From: Eledone cirrhosa
Taxonomy: Eukaryota
Length of the DNA: 64,000 nucleotides
Direction of reading: 5' to 3'
Assembly (NCBI GenBank): GCA_964016885.1
Contig: OZ024743.1
Coordinates: 21,080,001 to 21,144,000, forward strand
Shown: positions 1 to 13,341 of the stretch, piece after piece
Position numbering within the stretch: the first letter of the stretch is position 1
How the letters are laid out: each line of letters begins with the position of its first letter
Translations under genes and position numbers: made by a program
The notes under the pieces: generated by a model
The model's database searches: none
Seen by the model: only the letters and a program-made list of their open reading frames with translations
Told to the model about the DNA's origin: nothing

Positions 1-460
1 ACTCACTCTTGGTGCTCCTGGAGATGAGGGTTGTACATTTTTTCGGGGTGTGTAAAACCCCTTTGTAACGCCTCCCCCCTATTGGGGATATCAATTGTTA
101 TTTGTTATTTTATTAATAGTTTTATTTTCATACACCTGTATGTAAACTCCCCATTTGTATTTGTCCCCTTCTTTTGTGGCCTTGTAGCTAATAAAGAAAT
201 GTATCTATCTATCTATCTGGTGTTGAGGGTTGTTCTATCCACGGGGTGTAAAACAACCCCACAGTAGTGTGTCCCCGCCCCCCTAATGGGGATTTCAATT
301 GGTTTATTTTTATATAGTTTATTGTTATTTATCATTGTTAAAGATTTTAAGTAAAACCTCCGCCGGTCACGTCTTGTAATGTCCCATTTTTGTACGCCCC
401 TGTGGCAAATAAAGAAAGATATCTATCTATCTATCTATCTATATATCTATCTATCTATCT
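1..460 (+). mobile_element. Two tandem, diverged 3' ends of a non-LTR retrotransposon, each ending AATAAAGAAA+(TATC)n
   Basis: Units ~1-218 and 219-460 share tgagggttgt, cggggtg(tg)taaaac, cccccct(a)a(t)tgggga and aataaagaaa followed by (TATC)n. Confidence 0.55.
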
Positions 461-660
461 CTCTCTATCTCCATCACTAGCTGTCTCTCTCTTTCATGAA
501 TCCCTCCAGCACTATCCCTCTTCTGTTATTCCCCCCACATCTGCACCCTCCCACTACCACCCTGCTTGTTCTTCCCTTCACATATATAACCTATTTTATC
601 TGATATTGCTCCCTTCTTTTGATTCTCTCTTCTATTATTTTCTCTCTTCAGCTATCCTAT

Positions 661-1282
661 CAAGGAAACCTGAACACTGTATTCTACATGTGAATGGAGG
701 CCACTGAAGCAGGTGGAGAAGTTCAAGTATCTCGAGGTCATGTTCATGAGAGATGGAAGGTAGGAGACTGAATTAATTGCACAAATTGCTGGAGCTGATG
801 CAGTTATGAGCCAACTTCAGGAAGGTAGATTTAAAAGTAAAAGTTGTTTACAGTAGCAGCCAAAATGGGGTTCCTTCAAAGGGTCTTTGGAGTAATGTTA
901 CTCAATAGAGTGCATAGCTTGGAGATCAATGAGTCACTCCAAGTAGAGCTGCTACTTCTCTGAATTGAGAGATCACAGCTCCGATACTATTGATATGTGG
1001 TTAGAATGTCTTAGGAAAGAATCGCTGGACAGGTTTTATGGGTAAAAACCAGCTGGCAGGCGACCCAGGGGTAGACCCCAAGCAAGGTATTTGGATAACA
1101 TCCATGAGCTTGGCTTGTTTCACTTGGGGATCCAACTGGATCAGTTGAAGACAGTTGCTTCTGACAGGACCCATTGGAAGGAGTGTTTGAGGACGATGTC
1201 CCAACGACTCTCTCAGGAAGAAGAAGAAGAAGAAGAAGAAGAAGAAGAAGAAGAAGAAGAAGAAGAAGAAGAAGAAGAAGAA
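661..1282 (+). mobile_element. RTE-clade (Rex3/Expander-like) LINE 3' fragment with (GAA)n tail
   Basis: Decayed LHVNG..LKQVEKFKYL and RPRGRP motifs; (GAA)n at 1217-1282; homologous to 20821-21523. Confidence 0.8.
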
Positions 1283-1789
1283 GCTGTTCTCTACAGCACT
1301 GTCTCTCTTCTCTTACTTCCCTTTCTGCCCCCTTCTCATTCCCATCATACTCTCATTTCCCTTCACCCACAACCTAATTTCTCTGTTATTGCCCAGTCTC
1401 CCATTAATCTTCTTGATCATATCACTTTGAATGACTGGAGACAGTGTGGAATACTGAGTAGTCTCTGGAAATGGAGACTTCCGACATTCTTGTCTACTGG
1501 ACCACATTCCTACTCACTGTTGGTTACCCAGAAGAGCAAGCCATATGAGTTGAAGTGGCTGTTCCTCCACATCTCCTTCACCATCCTCCTTGGCAACATC
1601 TTCTCCATTCTGTCCACTGTAATCACAAGGCGAACTAACCCTTAAATAGTGAGTATTTACTCTGACAACAATGGAGAAATCAATACACGCACACACCTAG
1701 TAACTACTGTTATATTAGTCACTTTAAATGGTAAAATAATAACAGTTAAGAAAGAGAAATCATGGCAACATATATAAAATAGAAGCAGA

Positions 1790-2515
1790 TGGCTTCCAGA
1801 ATATCTGATTGGCTGCTGCATCTGAGGCAAAAATCACACTGTTCAGCAATCTCTGTATATCTCTTTGCCAGACACTTAACAGAAACTTTACTGAGTAGGC
1901 TTATAAAGAAAATCCCTCTATAATTGGAGCAATCTCTCTTGTTTCCCTTTTTGAAAATTGGGATTATCACTCCTGATTGCCATGCTTAGGTGTCTTTCCA
2001 GAGATTCAGGCCACCTGGCACACGTGAGAATTTCATCCTCCTCAGCAGTCTTGCCACATTTGAGCTCTTTAATTGCTCTTGTGACTTCAGCATTATTTCT
2101 TGATGCATCACATGTGCATAAGAAGATGCTCTTGTGACTATGTCTAGGATATCAGCAAAGTATTCTCTTCACCTCAAGAGGATGCACCTCTCTGAAGAGA
2201 GGAGAAACTCAAATGTATTCCCAATAGCTGGCATGGAGGAGGACTTCTTATTATAAAGTTGGGGAATGGTCAACCAGAACCCTTTATTTGCTGATCTGAA
2301 ACCAGGTTCTAGCTTAACCCCAAAGTCTTCTCAAGTTTTAACTATGGACATCTTTACTGTCTCTGTTGCAGCTTTTCCTGTCTGCTTTTATGGCATATAC
2401 AAGGAGGAGGACTTATTTCCAACCGAAACTTTGTAAGTCTCCTTCTTTGTTCAGATGGCATCTTTGACCACTTGATTGAAATAAGGGGCTCTCATGCTAT
2501 TCTAGCACCACATCA
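1790..2515 (-). mobile_element. RTE-clade LINE RT N-terminal fragment (degenerate)
   Basis: Minus-strand IIPIFKKGNKRDCSNYRGI motif (ORF 1746..1970); boundaries approximate. Confidence 0.7.
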
Positions 2516-3572
2516 AGAAGAAGATAGCTTCTAATACAATGTTTTACAACGTCTTATCGATGGCACTGGCTAGGTACCACAATATTGCACCATCTACAGC
2601 ACTACCTGGTGATGAGAGACTCAGAATTAAAACAGAAACTAGAAGTCCTTATTTAAGATTTAAAATTGTTTTTTTAATTAAATTAACAAGTGGTACTACA
2701 TATTAAGATCTGTAAAGATTTATTGAATACAGTTGATTTCATTTCTGTCAATTAGTTAGATAGTGCTCCTAGCCTTTACAAGACCTTCCAGATTGATGAG
2801 ATTTAGTTGTTGGGAGTTAGAGAGAACTACAGTTCCAAAGAGTCCACTTCAAAAATATCTCTCATTTTGATGATGGGAACAAAGATGCTATCTATCCACT
2901 CAGTTATTGAAACTACTAAAACTGACTGTAAAAGAAACTACTTCTAGACACATTGGCTCCAGAAAAAGAATACATAGATTTTGCAGGCCATTGAACTAAA
3001 CATTTATGTTACTTGACCAAGCCATTCTAAGACAAAGTTTCCATGTTAGATTTTTCCATCATATGAAATCATTCATTGCAATGTTCATCAACTCAAATGA
3101 GACAGATTGTGATGGGAAATAGTTATTGCTTGGGAAAGCTTACAATGGAAAATCCGATATCAATTTTAAAAAGTTTAGTTGGGGTGGGGAGGGAATAGAT
3201 ACCTTTATTGGGGTCTTCTCCTCCCACCTCACCTTTCCTTTTTTTTTATTTTTCTTCTTTTAGTATTAGACCACTTTTCGTTCATTTTTTTCAGTAATGT
3301 ATACATTACATAAACAAAATTGAGAAATAATTTTTAATAACTCCCAAAGAAGAAGGGAGATAGTTTCAAGACATTAAGAATTAACTTAGCAGAAAATAGA
3401 ATTTTCATGCTTAAAGGGAAAATATGATGTTTGTGAGAAGACGAGTTGACAGCTATAAATATCTTTCCATCTTAATATGTCTTATCAGTGTAGATAGTTA
3501 ACATCCTACGTGTTCACATGTACACACATTCTATTTCATTGCACAACTGATTATATCAGTGACTTTTCACAT

Positions 3573-3679
3573 TTATAAAATGTTATCCCACGACATTGTA
3601 GACTCTGATGCTTTCTTTGACAAATCCATAGATACATCTTCTAGACATTTGGAAGTTTGGATTGCAGTTCGAAAAATGG
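3573..3679 (-). CDS. Putative terminal coding exon of an unidentified host gene (..[34 protein letters not shown])
   Basis: Acceptor tattttccttccaag, phase-1 start, open frame to TAA; phase-compatible with exon 10974-11025. Confidence 0.55.
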
Positions 3680-3705
3680 CTTGGAAGGAAAATATAGTTT
3701 CTTAT

Positions 3706-3819
<114 letters not shown>

Positions 3820-3868
3820 GCTAGCGTGGAAGAACGGACGTAAAACGGTGATGATGATATATATATAA

Positions 3869-5869
3869 TCATTATCATCATCATCATCACAGTTTTACGT
3901 CCGTTCTTCCACGCTAGCATGGGTTAGACGGGTTGTCCTGTTGTGGGCAGTGTCTGGTCGGCTGACCTTGTCTTGCTCATACAGGAACTGATTCTGGCTT
4001 GATTTCTACAGCTGGATGCCCTTCCTAACACCAACCTCATTTACAGTGAGAGCTGGGTGCTTTTTTCCGTGGCACCTACACGTCCACTTTACAGTGTGGG
4101 CTGGGTGCTTTTTTGTTATGGCACCTCCACGATCACTTTGCAATGGGTGGGTGTGGGGGCATATTGTCTATATGCTTCAGCTTCGGCTTGTTTCTGTGGG
4201 GGTTGGGTCTTCTGTATTACTGTGTGATGCCAGAGGTCACGGTCGTGTGTCATTGCTCTTGAGAGGTGCAATTGGGTAAGGTCATCTTTATCACCTCATC
4301 CCAGGTCTTCTTGGGTCACCCCACTCCATGGCTTCCATCGACTTCTAGTGCTCTGCACCTTTTTATGCAGCTGTCATACTTCATATGCATCACATGTCCA
4401 TACCAACGCAACCGCCTCTCCTGCACACAGCATTTGATTCCTCTTATGCTCAGTCTCTCTCTCAGTTTGTTTATGCTTTGTCGTTCACATATATTACTAT
4501 TACACATCCATCGCAGCATGCAAGCTTCCTTTTCTTTCTAATCTGTGCAAGTCTTCTACAGACAGCGCCCAGGTTTCATTTCCATGTAAGATTGCTGTTT
4601 GTATACACGCATCATACAGTCTACCTTTCATTTTGAGGGAAAAGACTTTTGCAGCTAGCAGTGGCAGTAGCTCCCTGAACTTCTTCCATCCCGTTCTTAC
4701 CCTAGTTATTGTACTTTCCGAACACCCACCTCCGCTGCTAATTTGGTCACCTAGGTAGCAGAAGCTGACTACTGTTTCTACAGAACCCTCCCAGAGTTTG
4801 GTGGTGCTTGTTTCCTGTGGTCGTTTACTGCTTGCTGTACCAGCGCAGCTGCTACATGTGAAGCCTACATTCTTAATTAAGCTTCCTGAGATCCCACTAC
4901 ATCTCTTGTGTACCCATTGTTTGCATTTGGGGCAGAGGATGGAGTTCCTACCTACACCTTTCCTACATACTAAGCAAGGCCATTTCCCTGGGGGAATCTG
5001 GGTTCTGTTTTCTGATCTACTTACAAGGACCTTAGTCTTTGTCAGGTTCACTTTGAGACCCTTTCTTTCTAGTCCCTGCTTCCATGTTTGGAATTTTTTC
5101 TCTAGTTCCACCATAGATTCAGCTATAAGTGCGAGACCATCTGCATACAGGATTTCCCATGGGCATCTGGTCTTAAACTACTCCGTTATTGCCTGCAAAA
5201 CTCTAATGAACAGGAGCAGGCTAAAAACAGAGCTAAATTCCTCACTATACTCTTTACTAACTCTAACTTTGGTGACTGCTCCTCTATACATGGCTTGTAC
5301 AGCTTTCACAAGCCATTCATCTACTCCTAATTTTCTAAGGGCCCACCAGATTATAGCACGGGGGACTCTGTCAAAGGCTTTTTCAAGATCGACGAATGCC
5401 AGGTAGAGTGGCTTACTTTTAGCAAGGTACTTTCCCTGTAACTGCCTCACAAGGAAGAGGGGTTCAGTGGTGCCTTTTCCTGGTACAAACCCAAATTGCA
5501 TCTCATCTAGTTTCCCCTAGTCCCTAATCAACTGTGCTATAACTCTTTCCATTACTTTCATGACCTGGTCCATCAACTTTATACTTATATAGTTTCCTCT
5601 ATCTAGTGCATCACCTTTACCTTTGTAGCGGTTGACAATGATGGTGTTGCACCAATCTTTGGTATGATACCCTCTAGTATTACCTGGTTAACAATTTGTG
5701 TGGTTATGGTGGGACCTACCAACCCAGATGACTTCAGCATCTCGGCAGCTATACTCGATGGACCAGCTGCCTTCCCTGTCTTCATATCTTTAATTGCCTT
5801 ACTTACTACACTGCTGCTGACTTGTACTGCTGGCCCCTCTATAGGGTCCACTTGGGGTAGGGTCTCTAT
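3869..5869 (-). mobile_element. 5'-truncated, frameshifted RTE LINE with PHD-type finger, long 3' UTR and (ATG)n tail
   Basis: ORFs 5603..5851, 5178..5501 (QFGF, FVDLEKAFDRV), 4500..5114 and 4316..4519 (RLRWYGHV); (CAT)n at left end. Confidence 0.9.
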
Positions 5870-5901
<32 letters not shown>

Positions 5902-6340
5902 TTTACGTTCACTTTTCCCTTCTTGCAAGGGTTGGATATATATATATATCATCATCGTCATCATCGTTTAACATCCATTTTCCATGCTAGCATGGGTAGG
6001 ATGAGCTGTCCCTTTGGGAGAGATCAGGTCGGAGGACTGTGTTTCGCTCACACAGGGCTGATTTTGGCTTGGTTTCTATAGCTGGATGCCCTTCCTAAGA
6101 CCAACCACATTTACAGTGTGTCTTGGGTGCTTTTTATCGTGACACCTACATAACCATTTTACAGTCTGAACTGGGCACTTTTTGTCGTGTTGCCGATCCA
6201 ACACTTTATAGTGTGGGTTGGGCACTTTTTGTCGTGACTCCTATACAACGACTATACAGTGTGGACTGGGCGCTTTGGTCTTGACACATGATTACTATAC
6301 AGGGTGGGCTGGGCACTTTTGCCGTTGCTCCAGAGGGATC
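5870..6340 (-). mobile_element. RTE 3'-terminal stub (5870-5936) plus a second RTE 3' UTR fragment (5949-6340)
   Basis: (CAT)n + ttttacgttcacttttcccttcttgcaaggg; ctggatgcccttcctaa..ccaacc motif shared with 3985-4100, 13342-13561 and 51200-51480. Confidence 0.75.
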
Positions 6341-6963
6341 ACTTCATGGTGTAGGTTGAGAACTTGGGAGAGTAGGGGAAGAAGCTTGGGGAAATTGAGG
6401 ACGTAAGTAATAGGGGAGGGATGGTTACGGCAAGGGAGGTGTATGGTAAGTGAGAAGGTAGAGGAAGGAGTTGTCTAATAGACATATATATATATATAAA
6501 CAAAGAAATAAATATTAATAGGATAATAAAGATATTAATAGATAATGAATGAACACATATATACACATACATGTTCAAACACACATACATGCACACACAT
6601 ATTATTACAAACAATTTTGGTAGGTACCCTATTTTCTCAACACTGTATTGTTACCTTTTGCCAAAAGACTCATCTCCTTATAATATATAACCAGCAATTT
6701 CTCTGTCTGTCTGTCCGACAGTGGAAACACGTGCGCGCGTGGTTGTTATCTCTCTCTCTCTCCAGCTATCCCTCTCTTTTAGTCTGTCTGTTTCTCTCAC
6801 TCTCACTCTTTCTCTTTGTAACACACTAACATTCCTCCCCTCTATCGCTGTGACGAATGGGGAGATAGAGGAGGAGGAGGAGGAGGAGGAAAGAGTCACT
6901 TTGTCACTTCACCTCTGCCTTTCTTTCTCTCCCCTCTCACTCCCTCATTACGTACAGACATTA

Positions 6964-7157
6964 GGGCGGTGGATTGGCAGAATCTGTAGAGAGTCGGACA
7001 CCATGCTTCATAGCATGGAGTTACGTCCCTTTACGGTCTGAGTTCAAATAGCACCGAGGTTAACTTTGCCTTTCATCCTCACGGGGTCGATAAAATAAAG
7101 TACCAGTAAAGTACTGGTTAATTGCTGGCCTTGTGCCAAAAGTAGAAACAATTATTA
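6964..7157 (+). mobile_element. tRNA-derived SINE (octopod-type, central ccgaggt..ctttgcctttcatcct..ggggtcgataaa domain)
   Basis: A-box-like tggcagaatc and B box gagttcaaat; reverse copies at 28904-29098 and 55770-55960. Confidence 0.85.
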
Positions 7158-7411
7158 GAAACATTGCTTCATTTTTACATATCTAAGCATTAGTAAAATA
7201 ACTAATAATTTCAAAAGTAATTTTTCAATTCCAATTGTTATGAACAGCAAAACATTAATAATAATTTTGTTCTAAGAAATATATATACATTTCTGTGTGT
7301 ATAATATATATATATATACACACACAGAAATATATATACACACAGAGAAATATATATACATTTCTGTGTGTGTAATATATATATACACACACAGAAATAT
7401 ATGGGCATTTC

Positions 7412-7453
<42 letters not shown>

Positions 7454-7949
7454 CTTCCCTAAAACACAAATGTAGGTGCTACAGAAATATTACCTTCCCC
7501 TTCCTTTCTCCACTTTGGTACTACCAAGAGAAACACTGTTGCTATAGAAACATTACCTTCCCCTCTCCACTGACTTTGGTCACTGAGGCCGAGGGAATCG
7601 CTGGTTGCTATATAGACACCTTGCACAAGCCAGAAGTAACCAGTTCGAGGCGGTTCTGACTTGACACCATGCCAAGGACCATTTGAAGATATATTTCCAT
7701 CGTTATATCATAACGTTTATGTATCATAACGTTTATATTTCCGTCACTAATCTCTTTTTCGTTTTAACATATATTTATTTCAAAGATTTCACCGTATAGA
7801 TAACATATATATTTATACATACATAAAAGACACACGGAGAGACGGTGAACATGTGGTGTCGAAAACATTTCTCATCCAAATCTCAACAATATCAGTATAT
7901 ACACTAGATTTGCTAGCAGAAAACCGCCCACCGGGTGGTTTTCTGCTAG

Positions 7950-8840
7950 TCTATATATATAAAACTGAGGATGTCTGTCTGTGTGTGTGTGTGTTCGAAT
8001 CCCTAAAACTCGAGAACCACCCAACCGACTGTTTTCAAACTTTACACATGTAATACTTATGTTTCAGGGAGTGTTCTGAGCAAAAGAAATTTCAAATTTT
8101 CTATGTCCCAGGGACCACATTAGGCGATTTAGCGATCTCTCTCTATAATTCTTAGTCTTTCTCTTTTTAGATAGATACATACTTATAATGTCGCGCCCGT
8201 ATAATATCTGTCTGCATTACGTCACTTCTTTGAGGATGTGTGTGTGTGTGTGAGTTTGAATCCCTAAAATTCGAGAAGTACCCAACCGACTTTTTTCAAA
8301 CTTTACATGTGTATTACTTATGTTTCAGGGAGTGTTATGCACATAAATTCAACTTTTTGATCCCCTAGGGCTCGGATTAGGTGAAAAACTACGTTTTTTT
8401 CCAGGTTTTTAGGAGTGTTTTGAGGCGTTACGTCAGACCGATTTCCTTGAAATTGTAACTATGTATTAGTCAGTCTCTTCTTCATACCGTAAGCAAAGAA
8501 AATCCAACTTTCTTATGGCCTAGGGCCCGCATTAGGTGAAAAACTTCATATTTTCAGCTTCTTAGGGCTTTTTGGTGGCGTTTCGTCTAGCCGATTTTCC
8601 AGAAATTTCAAGGCATATTATGCACATAAAAAAAATTCATTTTTTTTATCCCCTAGGGCCCGCATTAGGTGAAAACTTGCATTTTTCCTGCTTCATCGAG
8701 GAAAATCTTAAAGATTATCCAGCCATCAGAGTATTCGGTTTATTTTCTTTACATATTGTCCAGGCATGCAGTTTTTAGGTCTATTGGCGGCCCGCGTTCC
8801 AAAATACCTTATCCCGTGCAACGCCGGGTACGACTGCTAG
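7950..8840 (+). mobile_element. Non-autonomous Helitron
   Basis: 5' TCTATATATATAAAA, GTCT/GT microsatellite, internal repeats (ccctagggcccgcattaggtgaaaa-like x3), 3' hairpin cccgtgcaacgccggg then CTAG|T. Confidence 0.8.
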
Positions 8841-9036
8841 TATTATATATATTATTCCTTCCTTTGTGTGTAGCTATTGATGCAGCTGTAGCATCAGGCT
8901 CACTCTATACAGTGGTTAAAGAAGTGAGCATTGCTCTCCATTTGTCCAAATCTCCTGTATGTTCTTGTCCCCTCTGTGTTTATTTTGCCATCTTTCCTTG
9001 ATTGTACACACACACATACACACATATATATATATA

Positions 9037-9216
9037 ACGAAGGAGTTGTCGTAAGGAACCAGATGGACCATAACGCACCAGAGTACTCAATACTTAGGGT
9101 AGTAGAGTGGGTAATAAGAAAAAAATATGACCCCGAAGGCAGAGCTCAAGCCGTGTCGACAGTCCAGAAATAGCCGTCGAAACGGCTTGAGCTCTGCCGT
9201 CGGGATCATACTTTTT

Positions 9217-9220
<4 letters not shown>
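9037..9220. mobile_element. PLE-type fold-back terminal repeat (module A) in (TA)n
   Basis: Inverted arms pivoting at ~9160-9170; same family at 27568-27757, 35870-36008 and 36400-36543. Confidence 0.7.
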
Positions 9221-9259
<39 letters not shown>

Positions 9260-9479
9260 AATTAAGTTAAAATGTACATCTACATATGCATACTGAAATA
9301 CTAGTATGCATATGAATACACACACGTATACATATGTAGATGTACCAAGTCTTTCACTGGTTACTTTACTGTGAGTATCCAGCTATTCTGTATGTAAACA
9401 CACAGACACACCGGTTTTTAGAGTCATACTGGTTTTTGAGGAAACACCTTTCCTCTATTCTCCAGAAAGCCAGACAAGG

Positions 9480-9524
9480 AATATTGAACTAGTTTCGTTG
9501 TTGTTACAACTCATCAGCAATATT
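9480..9524 (-). ncRNA. Minimal type I hammerhead ribozyme
   Basis: Minus strand aatattg CTGATGA gttgt-aaca-acaac GAA ACTAGT T caatatt: 7-bp stem I, 5-bp stem II, palindromic stem III. Confidence 0.85.
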
Positions 9525-9789
9525 TACCTATCTACCGGCCTTTCTGGAGAATCGTAAAAGCACATATCGTTATATGCTTTTTCTATGAAAATTAGTAGTG
9601 GGCAGACTAATTTGCATAGAGTGTGAGTACGTACCGGTTCAACGGAGACGATAAAAACAAATAACGAAACGAATATATATATATATACGAAGTGTGTCAG
9701 AAAAGAAGCAGGGCTGGGGTTACAAAAAGAATATTTCAAATCTAAACTAAAATCTACCTTCGAAATAATCCTCCTCAAGTCTAACGCAC

Positions 9790-10123
9790 TTTCCCATCCT
9801 TCTCTGCCATGCTTTCATGCATGTTAGAAGGACTCTCCACAGTTCCATCGACGACCTTTAGACACTCTGATAAGCAATCGTCCATGAAGCTGGCAAGCCA
9901 CATATGGTCACTGAAAGATGAAGAGGTGAATTTCTCCATTCAATGGAAAGTTCTGGTCAAACCCAGGAGATACGGAAATGAAGCACTGCCCTGTAAGCTG
10001 TGTATTGATGAAAGAGTGAATATTTTGCAGAGGTTACGTAACACAAGATCCGATTTCTTTAATTGCTGTCTCCATGCTGTAATGTATCCATTGTGTAATT
10101 GGAAAGCCCTGGGACAGCCATAA
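9790..10123 (+). mobile_element. PLE GIY-YIG endonuclease C-terminal fragment
   Basis: LASHIWSLK..IQWKVL..CKLCIDE..RSDFFNCCLH aligns with the C-terminus of ORF 37538..39742. Confidence 0.8.
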
Positions 10124-10329
10124 ATCTTACCCAGAATGAACTAACTCAAACGAAAATTGTCTTCTCTGTATCAGACTAATTTGATTAGTCACCAAAATAT
10201 CGCCGTCTATCGCGCAGGATCCAGTCAGCTCATATACACTTCCGTTCTCACTGCATCCATACACAAGTTGAAAATTTGTTTGGTGAAATGTGTGTCCATG
10301 AGTATGGTTTGCTAATTTGTTGTGGAAGT

Positions 10330-10453
<124 letters not shown>

Positions 10454-10973
10454 GTACATACACACACCGACACACATACACACACACATATACACACACA
10501 CACACATATATATATTAATATATTTGAAGCTAAATTTCCTATTTCTATCACATTTGCCACAATGACTGCTAAACCAGCTTTTGAAAGGTCTCATGGCTAA
10601 TTCAGTAACAGTTTGTTTGTATTACATGATGAAAAATGCTGTTGTGAAGAGGTAAGCAGCATGTCAGATTCTTGTCGATTGATGGATTCAGTTGGCTGTG
10701 TATTGTTGATGAATGTGGCAAATTAGTGGCAATTATTTTCTACATTTTCATACAATTATTCTTTTTTATTCTTTTTTTAAAGATCGTTATTTTCATGATT
10801 ACATTTCACCACAATTTTGTGTCTTTTATTTTATTAAGCATCTAAAAAAAGCTGTTTGAGGGTATAATATTTCTTATTCAAAAAGATCAGGGATCTCTTT
10901 GATCTATTGACAGATGACAGTTTCAATCCAGATTGATTAATATCTTTTTTTATTTATTTCTCTTCTGCCTCAC

Positions 10974-11025
10974 CAGTTATATTGATCTTAGGGCAAATTC
11001 CTTGTTGTACAATTCTTGTTCCATT
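10974..11025 (-). CDS. Putative host exon NGTRIVQQGICPKINIT (phase 0 to 1)
   Basis: Acceptor ttgatttag, donor G|gtgagg, 52 nt; joins 11211-11300 and 3573-3679 in frame. Confidence 0.55.
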
Positions 11026-11210
11026 CTAAATCAATGAGTATATTTTTATCGATAGAAATATGAGCAAGTAAAAACAGCTTTTCTTTCCTTTTTTTTTTTT
11101 TTGAAGGTGCAAATGATGGTCAAGAAAAGTTAAATTATTCTAACAAAAAGAAACCAAGTTCATATAGTAGTACTTTAAATGGTGTTGCTTGACTGTTAGA
11201 AGATACATAC

Positions 11211-11300
11211 AAAATATCTATATGTTACGTAGGGTATGTGTGGGCAAAGACTTTCAAATTTATTCACTTCAAATAATTCAAAGTATAAAAATTCCTCAAT
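11211..11300 (-). CDS. Putative host exon IEEFLYFELFEVNKFESLCPHIPYVTYRYF (phase 0 to 0)
   Basis: Acceptor ttttctcag, donor gtatgt, 90 nt open. Confidence 0.55.
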
Positions 11301-11951
11301 CTGAGAAAATTGGATCTTCAGACAGCCATAAGAATCACATATGTAGGACTATATTCTTTAATACAGAGGTGCCCAATCTTGTCTCAGAACACTGGCATGA
11401 TTGTCAGAAGATGAACTAATGCCTACATTTTACAGACAATCACAACCACCCAAGTTTTAACAAGACATTAAATAAAACAAAAACTATTATAAAAGAAAAA
11501 ATCTATTCATATAAAAAGCCACAATTCTTTAAATTAAATTGTCGTAAAAGACAACAAAATGTTGTTTTTTTTGCTTAACTGACTCTGGGAAATACGGATT
11601 TTATGAGTCTTGTTCTCATATAAGGTGGAGGTTGAGGGAGATTTTGGCTGCTTATTTTAGCAGATTGAGCAATGTATTATATTTATGATAGATACTATAT
11701 GTATATTATTTCGCTGTCTTCTGAGAAATTTTATATATAATACTGGCAGTGAAGGTTTATTTGTCAAAGCAAATATTTGACAATGACATGCAATCACTGA
11801 GCATAGCCATGGGATTGAGTTGGTATGATTACTAATCTTTTGCATTGATTGTCTGAACGTTTTATTGGCATCAGGGCCTATAGAACTCTCAGATACAGAG
11901 CCCCTCCCCCTCACATACACACACATATAGAATGGTTGTAAAAACTCACAG

Positions 11952-11983
<32 letters not shown>

Positions 11984-12120
11984 ACTTAATGTACACAACA
12001 AAACACAGACTCATATTCACAGATAAACACATAGTATACACACACAAGCAGATAAACACCATATACATACTATGCAGCAATAACAGATCATAAGTAGGCA
12101 TAAGCAAACATTAAACTCAC

Positions 12121-12166
12121 AGCTCCTTTGATCATACAGCTTCTTAGTTTACCAGGCAGAAATTTT
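12121..12166 (-). CDS. Putative host exon KFLPGKLRSCMIKGA (phase 2 to 0)
   Basis: Good donor gtgagt but weak acceptor (cttgagtcag); phase matches neighbouring exons. Confidence 0.35.
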
Positions 12167-12254
12167 CTGACTCAAGACTTTTCGCAGGGATTTTATTTTG
12201 TTCATTTCCATGAGTATCCCCTTATCTGTATGTATCTTATTTAGAATAGTTGCA

Positions 12255-12460
12255 TCCTATCCTTGTATGTTGTAAAAAGTGACTAAAAGTGTTGGTGTCA
12301 AGTAGGGTATCTGGCTGTAAAACATATCTTAAAATGTCTTATCTAACCCATACGATCATGGAGAAGTCGATGTAAAAAGAATGTTGATGATGATGATTAT
12401 GATGAGGATAATGATGATGATGAGGGTGAGGATAAGGATGAGGAATATGAAGATGATGAT
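12255..12460 (+). mobile_element. Old SINE/RTE 3' tail with (ATG)n
   Basis: gttggtgtcaagtagggtatctggctgtaaaa..aacccat..catgga..(gat)n is a degenerate reverse complement of the RTE tails elsewhere in the window. Confidence 0.6.
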
Positions 12461-12829
12461 GATATATGATTTATCAAGTAGAAACAAAGCTATATTTTCT
12501 TTAGAAAATAGGGAATTAAAACCAATTTGGATTGTTTTATACTCAATAGTTTGGGTGAGAATATATAACTCAAGTCACAATTTTGAGCTCAAGCAAATAT
12601 TACAAGTCAAGAATGAATGTAATATTCTGAGACATTTTTTTTTGTTGGATTCATATTTGAGCTAATCAGGCTTATAAATATTGTTTTTATTCTCTTTTCT
12701 ATAATATATTTATTTACTGGGCTATGTAACTATCTCTTCTCAATAATTTTGTTCATAGGTTATCGTTTTCACTATGAATTTCATTTGGCCAACTGTTACA
12801 TATGAATTACAGGCAAATATGAGCATACA

Positions 12830-13050
12830 TATGTGGTGTCGCAGATAGAACACAATACATGCAATGAGTACTTCATTGGCAGTATGATTCGGTCCCTGCA
12901 CATTCAGATAAAAGAATACATCACCACTTAATGTGACAATAAAGATAAGAAGCTAATCTTCATCATATTGGCCATGGAATAAAATATAGGCAATCTGCAG
13001 ATTAAGGAAGCCTTATTAATCAAATGGCACAAACAAACCATCAATGATGG
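12830..13050 (+). mobile_element. Degenerate Penelope-type GIY-YIG fragment
   Basis: HVVSQIEHNTCNEYFIGSMIRSLHIQIKEY...IKEALLIKWHKQTIN. Confidence 0.55.
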
Positions 13051-13154
13051 CACAATGGCTAATTTAGATTAACTCTATAAAAATAAATAAATAAAACAGT
13101 CTAACTTTCCCACTACCAAAAATTGAGCAACTAATAACTACTACATCAAAACTG

Positions 13155-13186
<32 letters not shown>

Positions 13187-13205
13187 CATACTTATATATA
13201 TACAT

Positions 13206-13244
<39 letters not shown>

Positions 13245-13341
13245 CTTATATATATATACATATACATACATATATATATATTTATTTATATATACATGTA
13301 CATATGTATGTATATATATATATGTATATATATATATAATG

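Noticed and set aside
1091-1645. Poly-E/poly-R ORFs
   Set aside because: Read-through of the (GAA)n LINE tail
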